From: Lingula anatina
Taxonomy: Eukaryota > Animalia > Brachiopoda
Length of the DNA stretch: 64,000 bases
Assembly (NCBI GenBank): GCA_051362555.1
Contig: CM120646.1
Location: 19,220,001 to 19,284,000 of the forward strand
Reading direction: 5' to 3'
The first letter of the stretch is position 1, and every line of letters begins with the position of its first letter. The position numbers were made by a program, and so were the translations under genes. Shown piece by piece: positions 11,645 to 24,570 of the stretch. The notes beneath the pieces were generated by a model. That model was given only the letters and a program-made list of their open reading frames with translations, was not told the origin of the DNA and made no database searches.

Positions 11645-14600
11645 TAAGTGTAATGCAACATGAACATGGTGCATGCTGTTTTTGTATATTTGGGGCCTTC
11701 TCATGCAGGCTCCTCTGGGCCATGGTAAAATCTCTTACAGTTCCATTTACCTATTCACAGAAAGCAAACATCCCCCCCCCCCACCAAGTGATTTTTTTCC
11801 TCCTCTAATTTTAATACCAATAATCATATACTGATAAATGGTATATTCATTCCATAAATTCTTCAATCCCTTCTCATGATTAATTCACTATTTATGCCAC
11901 AAAGAATTCAAATATTTACAGACTTTTATACGGGCACTTGAAACTGATTCAGTGACTTGTTGACTAATTTATCTAATTGCAGTTATTCCGTCTGCTTTTA
12001 TACAAATTCTCCATGCTTACACAATAAAAGTCTGAATAAAAAATCAATAATTCACCATATCCAATTGAAAATTTCTGATCTGAATGATCTCCCACAAAGA
12101 TAAAATCAGATAAAATAATATTTTACAGCACATAAAAGGTACGTGGTTCACAAACCAAATAAAACTTCTGATCATTTGGAAATTGATGAGAAAGCATTTC
12201 TGTATTCAAGTTACTTTGCAAGGTTTGTTTCTATGTATGAATAGATAAAATACTTGTATGTTACAAAGTATCATCAATATTATCAAACAGTTCACAAAGG
12301 CAGGTTGAATACATAAGCTTTTGCTCAGCCACAATCAGTTCACTGAATCAAATATTCAAGACCATACCACCACATTTCGTAAATTTTTTATTTTGATCTT
12401 AATTTATATCCTTAGTGAAATCTGAAAAAAAAAATCTTTCTTTCATATGCAGTTGATTTAAACAGCAGTTATTACTTTCTTGCTGATGTGTCTTTGATTT
12501 CAAATTAGAGTTGTGGTGGAGCAACACAATTGATCCTATTTTCACTCTCTCTCTCTCCCCCCCTGTCCTTTCCAATATCATTTATTTATGTCCTAATTTC
12601 AATTAGTTAAAACACAACTCTGAGGGTTCACAGAAATGATAGAGTCTCTTTTCTCCCTTTATGGGGAAGGTTTAATATTTTGATGAACATTTTTGAAAGC
12701 GGGAGACTATTTAATTCCATGTTGGCTGCGAAGTCATAACAATACATCAGAAAAAAAAATCTGTCAATACAAATTAAATCTAAAAGTAATCAAAAAAGGC
12801 TTTCATCTCTAGTCCCTGATGAGCGCTTTTTAACTATTCAGCAATAACATTCTATAGTTAATCAGACACACTTGACGAACTGATTCTGTTCTAAGCTCCA
12901 CTTTCCCCATAACTGTATACTGCCTAAATCATGACCCAATTGTGCTTCAAATGAGACAGAAATTGGGAACATCATGTCACAATAATGCATTTTTTTCTTG
13001 CAATAGCAACTTGCACATCTTTTTTATAGATAATTAAAAAGTAATTTGTTGCAAATATGTAAATAATCTTACAGCATTAAAACATTTAAACATTTGAACA
13101 TTAGTCCCATCTGATGGATAATAAGATTTCATCAATGAAAGAAAGCAGGCGTCCAAAGTAAATTTAAGAAATCTGCCCGAAGGATGTTTCAAGCATCTCA
13201 TCCCTGAATATATATACATCAATACACTTGTAAGAAATTGCAATGAGCTAACACAGATAAATGAGCACAAAATTTAACAAAAAATTAGGATTCTTCATTC
13301 CTTATAAAATTCTACTTTCATGTTCTGAGGGTCTTGTTATGTCCTCATACATACCCATCAATCACAGGATAAGTTAATTCACATTCGTTAATGATCTTAC
13401 CTTGCCTACATATAATTACTAATCACATCGATACTCAATTTCTCTACAAATCACATGATCCAAGTAGAGAGCATGCATGCTGCATCTGTACTAGCCAGCC
13501 ATCGAGAATTATCGGGCCTGAATTATCACCCACAATCCCGCCAGCCCCTCTGATAAGCTGAACAGAATGTATGCACTCAATGTTAAGGTCATGAATTGGG
13601 TTTGTTCAAGTTCCACAGTATCCACTAAGCACGATGTATTGATCCTTTGTGTGCTGACTTCAAAAGGGGCTACATGCTTACATAATTGCAGTGAATAGAC
13701 TTTGCCAGTGTGGGCAGGCCGCTGATATTGTTGTTATCAGCCACTCAAGCCAGCTGGTCATGGCAGAGGACAAGGGGCCCTGACAATGGCAACACTCCTA
13801 CTTTTGTTCACGCAATAAACGGCATTGATTTTTACCTGCACTAAACATTTGTTGCTTATACTGTGGAAGCAAATATACTTATTGATTTTGAGGTATGCAA
13901 GTGGATTGGAGCATACTACCTAAAATGTTGTAACTTACTGGGACAATTCAATAATAATTAAGATTTAAACATCATGTCTTTTCTAATAATTTTTTCTAAT
14001 TTGTTTCATGCTTGATGGCGATTAACTTCTGAACTGTCCTTGAAAAGTAGGGTGGGCATCTGACCAAACATCAGTGAAAAGGTGCTACTATTTTTTTTTC
14101 TTGGTATCCATACTTAAACTTGTTTTATAAATCAAAATTAATGGGGAAAAAAACTGACGGTCTGGAAATGCAAAACACAATCAATAAAAAGATTTTTCTA
14201 CATTTTTCTCCTTTTACACCAAACTTGTTTTCTTTCTTAATTTCAAAACTGATGGAGGTGCACACTGCTCGAGGTTGACAGAAATGATATACTGTGATCA
14301 AGATCAAACTAATGCATCCAACTACCCTAGCTGGTTTAACACTGAAATAAATAACGTAATCTAGGTACTGTCAGCAGTTCTGTCATTCCAAATTGTCTAT
14401 CACATCGCTCTCTCCAGGGCTTACTGATTAGCAACCATTCATTATTGCATCTTGTATCTATAAATTTCAAATTGCAGATATTATATATGCAACAATAATG
14501 TATAGAGCTCCTGCAACAATAATGTATAGAGCTCCCATGTATATTAGTCAAGACCAATAGTGCTTGAACAGCATTATTATTACTTACAGTAATAAAATAT

Positions 14601-15650
14601 AATCTATAAGTTATAATTGCATTTCTGTAGGTGGCAATTGTCCTCTGATTTAGCACAAATTCAGTCATCTATTCATATATTTTATTATGCCAGTCCCTCA
14701 TAAAGCAGTTTTAAATGGGGATGCAGGATGAACTCCCAAAATGAGAGTACATGAAGTAGATTACAAGGCAGGTTCTCACATTTTATCCCTTGTACACACA
14801 ATATACTCAAAATAATACTATGATCATTGATGTCCGTGGAAAAATTATATATCAGGGCTCCTTCATCTCCAATATGCCCATAAAATATGACCCAGGTGCT
14901 GAGCTACTAAATGCCTCAGTTTTCGTGTGTGCCAAAAGACTCCTTAAATGTACATTTAAATTAGGAATTCTAAAACCTCATATACTTAATTTCCCCCCCC
15001 CCCAAGTCAGATCTTAAAAACAACAAAACTCCTGAAATAATGCAAAAAATTTCCTTCATAAATATCAGAAGACCTGATAGTCTATTAATGAATTAGGATT
15101 CATTTAAAACCAATTACTTGATTAAAAAATGTATGGAACATTGACAACTCAAGTCCAGAGACACATGTGGTACAGCAATGACTTGTGAATAGGTGAAAAC
15201 TGCCTTTTCTTGAGGAAAGTTAGATTTGGTGTGAAAATCCTGTATCTCCATCCTTTAAGCTATGAAGAGAGCCTGAAGCTATCTAAAGATGAAGGGTTTC
15301 TGTCCTGGTGGAAGCAGTAACAATAAGATGCATATTCTAGTGATGCGCTTATATACAACAATGTTCATCTCACCTACCGCAATGACAAATTGTTGCTCCT
15401 TTATCCACACAATGAACAACCTTCCAAAAACTGCAGCTTTTCCAATTTGTTGAGAGGATCTGCTGCATAAATAAATAAATATATATATATATATATAAAT
15501 ATATATAAATATATATATATATATATATGAGAATTAAGTCAGTACACCATGAAAAAGTGCTCCACCCATGGTGGCGGCCCGTGGGGAGCTGGTATAATCA
15601 AGGATGTGAATAACTTAGCTTCCTCTCTCCATTTTATTTTTTAAAAAATG

Positions 15651-15683
15651 CCCTATGGCCGTTTCGGCCTTGAGGCCTCGTCA
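15651..15683 (-). ncRNA. Minimal type I hammerhead ribozyme motif, minus-strand arm (5'-truncated, GUA changed to AUA)
   Basis: Reverse complement reads UGACGA-GGCC-UCAA-GGCC-GAAA-C-GGCC-AUA-GGG; C3 and the 5' strand of helix I are lost at the inversion junction. Confidence 0.7.
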
Positions 15684-15686
15684 AAA

Positions 15687-15722
15687 CCCTGACGAGGCCT
15701 CATGGCCAAAACGGCCGTAGAG
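15687..15722 (+). ncRNA. Minimal type I hammerhead ribozyme motif, plus-strand arm (G12 changed to A)
   Basis: CC-CUGACGA-GGCC-UCAU-GGCC-AAAA-C-GGCC-GUA-GAG: CUGANGA core, 4-bp helix II, short helix III capped by palindromic GGCC, GUA cleavage triplet. Confidence 0.75.
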
Positions 15723-15776
15723 CATTTTTAAAAAAAAATAAAATGGAGAGAGGAAGCTAAGTTATTCGCATCCTTG

Positions 15777-15867
<91 letters not shown>

Positions 15868-16338
15868 ATACAGATGAATTCCTGTCTGCTCATATAAGGG
15901 TACAAGCAGGCAGGCTTACGTGATGACAAAGAACCAAGAAATCTTTTCACTGGCTTAAATAACCGGATACCTGCCATTTCAACCCCACATTATGATCCAG
16001 TTTCACCAGACAGTGTCTGGCTTTTTACCTTGAATGTTTTATTGCAAACCATTTTTTTTAAAGTTGTGACATAACTGTTGGTGGTTGTGGTGACACCTTC
16101 CTTTTGTGTACCATCATGCAGCCGATTGTGCAATAGAGTGTATTAACATCCATAGAATAAAACAGTCATATCTGGGTTTATTTATAGTGTTTTTTTATAC
16201 CAAAAATTTGAAGCTAGCTTTTTTCTGCTTATACAAACAATTACAAGGTATCTTTTGGGAAACAAAGTTGTACATTGGTTAACAACAATGTTGCTAAATA
16301 TAAGCCCTTCTACTACCATTTCACCTTATGGTTCAATG

Positions 16339-16496
16339 CAAGGGCGGATCCAGTAATATTTTCTGACAGTTTTCCAAATTATCATTGTTGATCCATCCTC
16401 CACTTTTGACAGTCTTCAGACAGAAAATATTAGATACCCCTCAATGTAAACTTGAAAATTCTGATCTTTCGGAAGACCCAGAAGACAGCCTCAATC
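16339..16496 (-). mobile_element. Family B MITE copy lacking its last ~8 nt
   Basis: Reverse complement of 290-468 (GGGCGGATCCAG...TTGTTGATCCATCCTC...CGGAAGACCCAGAAGAC). Confidence 0.8.
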
Positions 16497-16731
16497 ATAT
16501 TCACACATCGCTCTAGCTGGCCATGGGTCAGTCTAACTCTGCAAAGGATTGTCACTAAAGTACAATCAGTGGAATCAGCTAAATCGGCACACAACAGGGT
16601 ATTACCCCCAGCTGCTACAGGTAGCTTGTCGATCAGAAAATTAAGCTGGTTCTACTGATTGCACTTTATCGAGAAACCCCTGCAGAGTTGCACCGACCCA
16701 GCTAATGCGATGTGTTCATAGGAATGCGGTC
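16497..16731. mobile_element. Degenerate hairpin MITE fused to the family B copy
   Basis: ACACATCGCTCTAGCTGG...AACTCTGCA inverted against TGCAGAGTT...CCAGCTAATGCGATGTGT. Confidence 0.65.
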
Positions 16732-18726
16732 GTAGTTTTCAGCTGATTCCTCATAAGAAAAGTCTAATTTCTTCAGCCAGAAAAGCTGCTTTAATTTTTA
16801 CGATAAACAGTTAATACTTTCAATTAAAAATATGTTTTCAATTCTCATGAAAAACAAAGGGTAGCAAAATTATCAATAATAATTTTCTAATATTGGAGAA
16901 ACTTTGTGTCAATGCAGCACTGACATGAGACTCTTTTCTTCAGTCTGAAGTATTTTCTACAAAGAAAGCACATGTACTTAGCACTCCTTATGTAGTGAAT
17001 TAAATCAAGCACCTATGACGTAAAACTAAAAATCATAATGTGGTTTATTTAAGGGCCCTTCAAATCAAAAGCTTTTCTGCACTATGACAATAGATGAATA
17101 TTCATCCCCAATCAAATGCCTTGTCTATGCAATATTCACACATCACCTTGCATGTTGACTGGCATGTTTTGGCACAGACAAATTACACACCTTTGGGCCA
17201 TGCGGTTCTATATTTCAACAATGGTGCATTAAAATACTCTTATGAATATCAAAGAATCTGGCACAATTACAAGGTCAATGGCATATTTTCAGGCTGTTAG
17301 TCTAACATTACAATGGGTTTCTCTGTAACTCATTTGTCTGACATTACAAGTTGGGCCTATATCTAGTTTAATGCTTTAAAAAATGTCTCGATGCTTAGGC
17401 AGAAACTATGCCAGCACAAAATGAATTACCATATTTAGTCACAACAAATATTCCAGGACCCCGTTTTCTATCATAAAACAATTAAAAGCCCTTGTTTCTT
17501 TGAAAGTGACTGCATGAACAGAATCAGCTTCTTGATAACCACAACGACAAACAGACATGCACTGGAGAAATAGAAGACATTTGTAGATGAGACATTGCAT
17601 AACCGCATTTCGTGGCTGAAATTTGGCACCACTTCATAAAAACACACAAGACATATTGTTTGTAATTCACACACTTGTGCTTTTTGAATGGCTTCAAGGT
17701 ACAGGTTTATCATTTTGCACATAAAAAAGGAAAGGGATAAAAGCCACAGTAACACAGATACACCTACAAGTGAACATTTCCAAGGTGTCCTCTACCATGA
17801 ACCTTTTCTTGGCTTTACTTCTACCTCTTTCCAAATGCTTGGAGACCAACAATGGGGCTTAAAAAGCAGATGATTGCTACAAGATCAAACAAATAACCAT
17901 TATCCAAATTTGCTCTTTTGGAATAATTAAGAAAGGATGTTCAACAATCAAATATAATACAATAATGTGAAGCAAATGTCACATCCTTTACCATTTCATG
18001 GAAGATATCTGTTACCCTTTTGCGTCAAAAAATGATGCTCAAAGCCACAATCTTGAAAAAAAATATATATATATATCAATTCAAAATTTTATTACACATA
18101 GGAAAGCAGTTCTAGGGAATAAAAGATCTTACCTTTCTACAGGAAATTACATAATAAGTGAATCTGAGCAGGAAAGTTGGCAGGTAGTGCTAAAAGGGTA
18201 CCAAAGGTTACATGTATCTTACATTCATGTGGGTTAAAATACCAAAAGAACTGATTGTGATTGAAATCTGTGGGTGCACACAATTGGCCGAGGACAAGAT
18301 TCTGTCTACAGATAGACAGTAATCCTTTCACATCTACATGCAAGGATGAGACTGCCATTTTAGGTAAAAAAAAATATGGCGTGGGATCCATGCTATTTTT
18401 GGTATTCAAAAAGTCAGATATTCGCAGAAAGTTGGAAAAAGCTCATCCCTTTATCTAGGGGTATACCTCAGCAACATAGCCTGTACCAGTACATTGTGAG
18501 AGTTCCTAACATGTACAATGGTTTTACTCACTTTTACAAGTTCATTTACTATTAATACTGACTGGGCACAATATGATTATTTGGCCATGATTAACTGACA
18601 AGTGGGGGAACTCTGTTTAGGTGATTCTCTTTCACAATAGCCAAGCTATTAATACTTATTTCCTAACAGATGCATTTGAAGTCAAATGTTTTGCCACAAA
18701 ACCCAACTAAATGCCACTGCCACCAT

Positions 18727-18968
18727 ATTCACCATTCCCACAGATATTTGGATCAATCTATCGCCCTTGGGAGTCTCACTAAATTGCTATCAATTTAACC
18801 GGCTCTGTCACTCCTAGTAGAGCTGTTAGGGGGTAATTTTCTTTACCCCCTAGCTGATTCAGTAGGCGTGACAGACATTTAAGCTGGTTAAGTTGACAGC
18901 AATTTAGTGAGACTACCAAGAGAGATGGATCGTTCCAGATGGATTGATCTAGGCATAGGAACCCAGTC
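18727..18968 (-). mobile_element. Family C-related MITE, reverse of 8640-8887
   Basis: CAGATATTTGGATC at left and GGAACCCAGTC at right mirror the ends of the 8640 copy. Confidence 0.75.
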
Positions 18969-18996
18969 TTATGGATTTGTCAAAGGACACGCTTTC

Positions 18997-19226
18997 ATTG
19001 TACCAGATGGGTGGATCCAACTCTGCTAAGGATTCTTATTAAACTGCAATCAACATTATCAACTTCATTGTCTGACATGCCTTCTCGAGCAGATAGGGTA
19101 CTAAACTTTTGTGAGCTTATAACTCTTTATCTGCTCAATAAGGCGTGCCAGACAATTAAGCTGATTACTTTGATTGCACTTTAGCTATAATATCAGCAGA
19201 GTTGGATTGCCCAGCTTGCACAATGT
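18997..19226. mobile_element. Degenerate hairpin MITE
   Basis: Inverted pairs ATCCAACTCTGCT/AGCAGAGTTGGAT, TGCAATCAA/TTGATTGCA and TTGTCTGACATGCCTT/AAGGCGTGCCAGACAA. Confidence 0.65.
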
Positions 19227-21295
19227 CTGAATCTGAATATGGCCTTATACAGGATAGATGTCAGTTCACCTTGATAAAAACCTACACATGAAATAATACT
19301 CTTTACATTATGGTATAATGTACATGCACATGGTATGCTCTAATTAAAAAACCCGCAGCATTACAAGAGTACACGATTGTATAACTACATGTAAGCATAA
19401 TTACAAGCATTATGTTCCTATCAAAAACCTTCAACATGACAATAATACATACATGTACAGTAATAAAAGTGCATGTACTTACTAAAAAGTCTATGACATC
19501 AAAGTTATGTTGCATAACATCATGACAGATAACAAAATATCTCTGATTAAAAGATCAATATACGCAACTACATTTGTACCTTGAGTGCATAAGCAAACAG
19601 CAACCTGTCTGTAAATGCTATCCCCTTTATGGGCTCATTGTCAGAGTCCTGAATTTAGACTGGCGCTGGATCCGAAGGTGTGCCCTCCCAACACTTCTTA
19701 AGCTATTGACTAAATCGGCTATTGGATGTGATCTCAATGTTCAATACTGTGGCTTCTTACGATGCACTGCCTGGATTGAAAAGACTCCTTAACAAAAGCT
19801 TTTTGTGTTGTACTTCTATGGAGTCATACAATATAGTTCCTCTGCCTTTGTTGAACTTAAAATCCAAAAAAAAAAGGGATGCCTGATTCTCAAATTTTTG
19901 ATGTGGAGACAACAATTCTAACAAGAACGGTTTGAAAGAAAATTAAGCTTCAAACTATGGGATTAAAAAACCTGAAATTTGAAACTTTTGGAAAGAAAAT
20001 ATCACACGGCATGTCAAATATTCCCTCGCAAACAAAAGTTCAACTTCTATTGAAATTATCCCCATTGAATTTGAACACAATAAGGTCTTTTATGGTTGGG
20101 TTCCTGTCTATTTATCCACCTCAGGTGCTTTACTAGTCCTCGATTGTCCCACAACAAAGACATATTGAACATCGAGAATCAACACATAAATCTGAGTACC
20201 CAGGCAGGTAACAAATAGCACTGTTATTATCAGGTTATGGGAAAGCGCAGTTTAAATCTGTTTACTTTGGGACAGGAAGTATATGCAATATAATGGCCTT
20301 GTTCGTAATCCCATCCTTTAATTATTACAGGGTCAGTTATGCACTTGTTGGAAGTTATGAAATAATTCTGCCAAATCCTCCATGCTACCAAATTTGTTAA
20401 GATAATACAAGAAGAAAATTTGTTGAAGATTTGTATCAGAACTGGAAAATTGTCTAAACTGGCTTATAAGTGACTTCGAGGCAATTTAGTGCTATGCTAA
20501 AAGAGCTTCAGGTTTTTCACAAATTTATTTTTGTTCTAGCCAAATAACTGAATGCTTTCTTCTCATTTTTAACTTTTTATTTTCTTTGTTCAAATTTTAC
20601 TGGGTATTTGGAAGTTAATTAAAAGCATAATAATGTGCACTATAAAACATTTTCTTAGATCTTTAATGGAAAATTTAAATATTTTGCTTGAAAAATAAAT
20701 TATACTTTCCAATAAATACTGTAATATATCACTAGGCATTTTCATTGTAGCTTATACTGGAAATTGCATTTTTGCTTTAAAAATGGATACAAAACACCCT
20801 TTTCAAAATGTCCTACAGGAAATGCAAGCTGAATTTTGTATTTGGATCTGTGAAGCCACAGGTTATTTGCTTAAATTTTTTTTTCTCTGTCTAGATAACT
20901 TTTTCAGACTGACAATTTCAGGAAATCAAATTATTTTGTGGAACACAAGGGGCAATTAAATCTAGCACAAAATTACGAAAAAAAAAACCACAATAATAAC
21001 ATAATAATAATAATAATAAATAAAAATAAACAATAACATTCCTGGAATTTCAACGACTTTCTCTTAACCACTGACGTATATCTTTTCTAAAACTGTTGAT
21101 AAAACTTACTACACCAGTTTTGATGACTTCATCTGTAGCAGTTATGCCCCTGTCCTCTGAATCCAAGGCTATCTAAACTCAATTAGAATTATGGAGTTAC
21201 AGTTGAAATCACTTCCAGATACTCAGACAGATGAAAATAGCACCTAAGCACAATTACAGCCCTACTTGTTATATTTTGATCACCACAGTCCCTTA

Positions 21296-21510
21296 GACCC
21301 CATTTCCAGAGATTAGATCGATCTACTTTAGATCGACCTAACTCCCTGGGGGTTCACGCTAAATAGCTGTCAGCCGAGCGGACACGAAAGTTAATTACCC
21401 CCTTACAGTATGTAGTAGGCGGGACGGACATTTAAGCCGAATTATCTGACAGTAATCTAGTGAGACTCCCTGCGGGGATAGATCGATCCAAAAGCTCTGG
21501 GAATACAGCC
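21296..21510. mobile_element. 215-bp Tourist-like MITE; family C
   Basis: Flanked by TTA/TTA; colinear with 5777-5991. Confidence 0.85.
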
Positions 21511-21581
21511 TTAGTATATGCCAGATATAATGCATTGATACGTTAAAAAGAAAATGAACGAAAAACCTCAAATGGGGTGAT

Positions 21582-21737
21582 CTGGGGTAGCGCTAACACT
21601 CGCCAATTTAGCCAAATGCTAAAACTGAATTAAATTGGCTAAAAGAAAAGGGCTTGATTTGACATGTTTTAGCCAAATTATAACCAATTTGGTATCAAAT
21701 TGACAAAAATGTGGTGATTTGGCTAGCGCTACCCCAG
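21582..21737. mobile_element. 156-bp MITE with 14-bp perfect TIR and 6-bp TSD
   Basis: TIR CTGGGGTAGCGCTA/TAGCGCTACCCCAG; GGTGAT duplicated at 21576-21581 and 21738-21743; internal TTAGCCAAAT repeats. Confidence 0.85.
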
Positions 21738-21762
21738 GGTGATATTACATTATACATATCAG

Positions 21763-21993
21763 ATTTACCAAGGACACATCATGAAGCAGGACAGCATAGA
21801 GAAAAGTGCCCTGGAAAGTTTCATCCCTGGCAAAAGACAGAGGGGAAGGCCAAGGTATAGCTGAGATAAAACAGTGAAAGGAGTATTTGGCTCCTAGGAA
21901 AATGCAAAGAGGGTGGCCTAAAACAGAGATGTTTATTGGTCTGCTATCAGACAAGCAAAGCTCTACCAAGAGTTTGCTATTGATTGATTGATT
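21763..21993 (+). mobile_element. 5'-truncated RTE-clade LINE, 3' end
   Basis: Translation IYQGHIMKQDSIEKSALESFIPGKRQRGRPRYS*DKTVKGVFGS*ENAKRVA*NRDVYWSAIRQA fits the RTE ORF C-terminus (GHIMR...LEK...GKRxRGRP..W...AxxxAxxRxxW); ends in a (TGAT)n tail. Confidence 0.85.
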
Positions 21994-22448
21994 ACAGATC
22001 TGAAAGCTTAACTAGGGCACGGGGGGAGGGGGGGGAACCCAAATAAACTCCCAATAAGCTCTTGGGAACACGCAGAATGCAAAATCCTCCAACAAAACCA
22101 CACATGTTAAAGAGCACTGCTATTATCAACATGCTTATCATTAGCAATTATGGATAAACAAAATGCTTTGCGGAAATTAGGGATAAATTCTAGCTACCAT
22201 TTCACACTGAGTCTCGAACTTTAAAAAAAATTCAGTCTACATTGATACCTAGATATGCTGTGACAGTGGCAATATACGCTACACTAGGTTCTTGGGGTGT
22301 TTTTCGTTGAAATCCAAGAGCTTTTTCTTGGTATGTATGTTTTATAAAACACAGCCACCCTCATGTGATATATGCCAGAACGCTGCAAGCATTAACAAGA
22401 GGTGTTCAAAGTAATGTATGATCTCATACGTATAGTAAAGGTTTCATA

Positions 22449-22711
22449 GGGACCATTTCCAGACACTATCTTACTAACTATGGATTGATCTATCTCTTAG
22501 GGGATTCTTGCTAAATTACAATCAACTAAAGCGGCTTAGATCATGATGTCTGTCACACCTACCGAAGCTGTTAGAGGGTAATTAGCTATCGTTAAACAGC
22601 TTCAGTAGGCATGACAGACATCTAAGCTGCTTAAGCAGAAAGCAATTTAGCAAGAAACCCCTCAGAGATAGATTGATCCTGTTAGATCGATCTAGGTATG
22701 GGAACCCAGTC
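22449..22711 (-). mobile_element. Family C-related MITE, diverged copy
   Basis: GGGACCATT...ATGTCTGTCA...TAGGCATGACAGACAT...GGAACCCAGTC shared with the 8640 and 18727 copies. Confidence 0.7.
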
Positions 22712-24401
22712 ATTGACATGCAGACATACACACAACAATAATCAAAATAATTAATGCAAGATCCTAACATGCAAATAAGGCAAACCTTCAACTCTTATCT
22801 TATATCTCTATTTATACTCCTTGTTTCTCTTCTAACTCTGTTAAAAAGATATGTTAACAGATGAAATGTGTTATATTGTTGTTGTAGTGATGGTATTTGA
22901 AATAGCAGACATGAGCCTTGGTAGAAACAAACAGGTATACATTTTTTTAAAAAAAGGTATATATGTTAAATGCATACATGTACATACTGTGTGTCGCACC
23001 TATAACTAGCCTTATGATTCCCCGTTCGGGGGTTGAAAATGTCTAAGTGAACATTTGTTCCTGGTATGTGTCTGTTTATTATACTTACATCTGAACTGGC
23101 TTGCTCCAGTATACAGAATACATCTAAATAGGTAATTATGTTGATTGATAATTGAAATTGTCAGAACAATGACATCATTCCACTGCTTTCATCCTTTATG
23201 GACCCCACTCCTTCATAAAGCCAGTAAGCATTGCTTGGCCTTTTCTTCTTTAAATGGCATAAACAAAATATTTGTGTGGGCAAACCTGGCTCATGTAAAA
23301 AAAAAACCCTTTGTAATGTAAATCAATGGTAACCCGGTTTTTTATTACGCAGGTGAACTTTTATTGACACAAAAGATGGTATTGTCAAAGAACTGCCTGT
23401 GTTCCAAGTCTTAAGTTACACAAACCACTTTTCATGTGTTAACCCCCTTTTTTTTCACTATACTGTGTACTTAATTGATCTTTTGAGTCTGAAAAAGAGA
23501 TCAATGTGATATTTGGCTAGATCTAAATTTATTTTGTATGAATTAGACTGCACGTATATATCATCTATACAAACTATTGGTTGCCAGAACTTTCAAGTAC
23601 AAATTCCTAGAAAGGCTGATAATTTATAAGTTAGAGAGTCAAGGTTTGGTTATATTAAGTCAAAAACAAAAAACATGTTATTCTTCTTAGTACTTGTGGC
23701 AAACCCTGGTGTCTCAGTATTTAATGGTGGCCACAACTAACCCTAAATTTCCACAAAGCATTCTGTTTATCTATAACTGCTGATTATGAGCAACAGTCAT
23801 AAATATACACGTTTCCTATAACCCTATAACCACAAGAACTGTGCAGCAGCTACATAATGAAAAATATTAGTCATAATAGATTTGCAAAAGAAAAGGCTGA
23901 TCATAAAAAAAAAACAATTGATAAACTAGAACTTGTTTAATATTTTTTGCTTCAAACAAGCTGCTTACCTATTCAAAAATTAATTTCAAAAGAAAAACAA
24001 TTTTTCCCTTTTTGTCTTTTTTCTCCCCCCCCCCCCCCCCCCCAAACAAAGCAAAATATAAATACGGTGCAAACTGCATTTTTTCTTATGCTTGTACACT
24101 TATTTAAGTACAAAACGGAATCAATCAGTGGTGTTCTAACAAATGCATCAGTTGAGACACCACAATCAGGAACAGCAGCCATGGTGCACCTGGCACAACT
24201 AGCACAATTGGCAAATAGTTTTTAGTGGACAGCACCGAAACACCTACAAACACATGCAAGTCAGCCATTTGTCTCATACAGGTTATAACTATTGTGGAAA
24301 TCTTACACTCTCTGCCAACTTATGGTAGCAAACAGGTTTGATTTTTGTCTTACCGTCTCTTCAGCTGATATGACTGGCTTTGGTGGAGTTAGTACCCACA
24401 A

Positions 24402-24570
24402 CGGGGACGGATCCAGAGATATTTTCTGACAGTCTTCCTAATTATCTTTGTTGATCCATCCTCCATTTTTGACCATCTTCCAACAGAAAAAAATTAGGTA
24501 CCTATCAATGTAAACTTGAAAATCTGACTGTCTTCCGGAAGACCCTGAAGACGGCCTCAATCCACCCCTG
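24402..24570 (-). mobile_element. Family B MITE copy
   Basis: Full-length reverse copy of 290-468; flanks CACAA/CGCAA (5-bp TSD with one mismatch). Confidence 0.8.

Larger units (their letters stand above)
15529..15782. mobile_element. Palindromic Penelope-type terminal-repeat (pLTR)/retrozyme-like fragment between two (TA)n tracts
   Basis: 15593-15683 and 15690-15782 are near-perfect inverted copies, each with a hammerhead core; (TA)-rich tracts at ~15468-15528 and 15779-15869. Confidence 0.75.

Noticed and set aside
12815-12845. CTGATGAG hammerhead-like core (similar at ~30084, ~54970, ~57289)
   Set aside because: No helix II followed by GAAA
19580-19857. GC-richer minus-strand segment bounded by AG and GT
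   Set aside because: The frame I translated hits a stop and no homology was recognised; could only be a non-coding exon, which I cannot support
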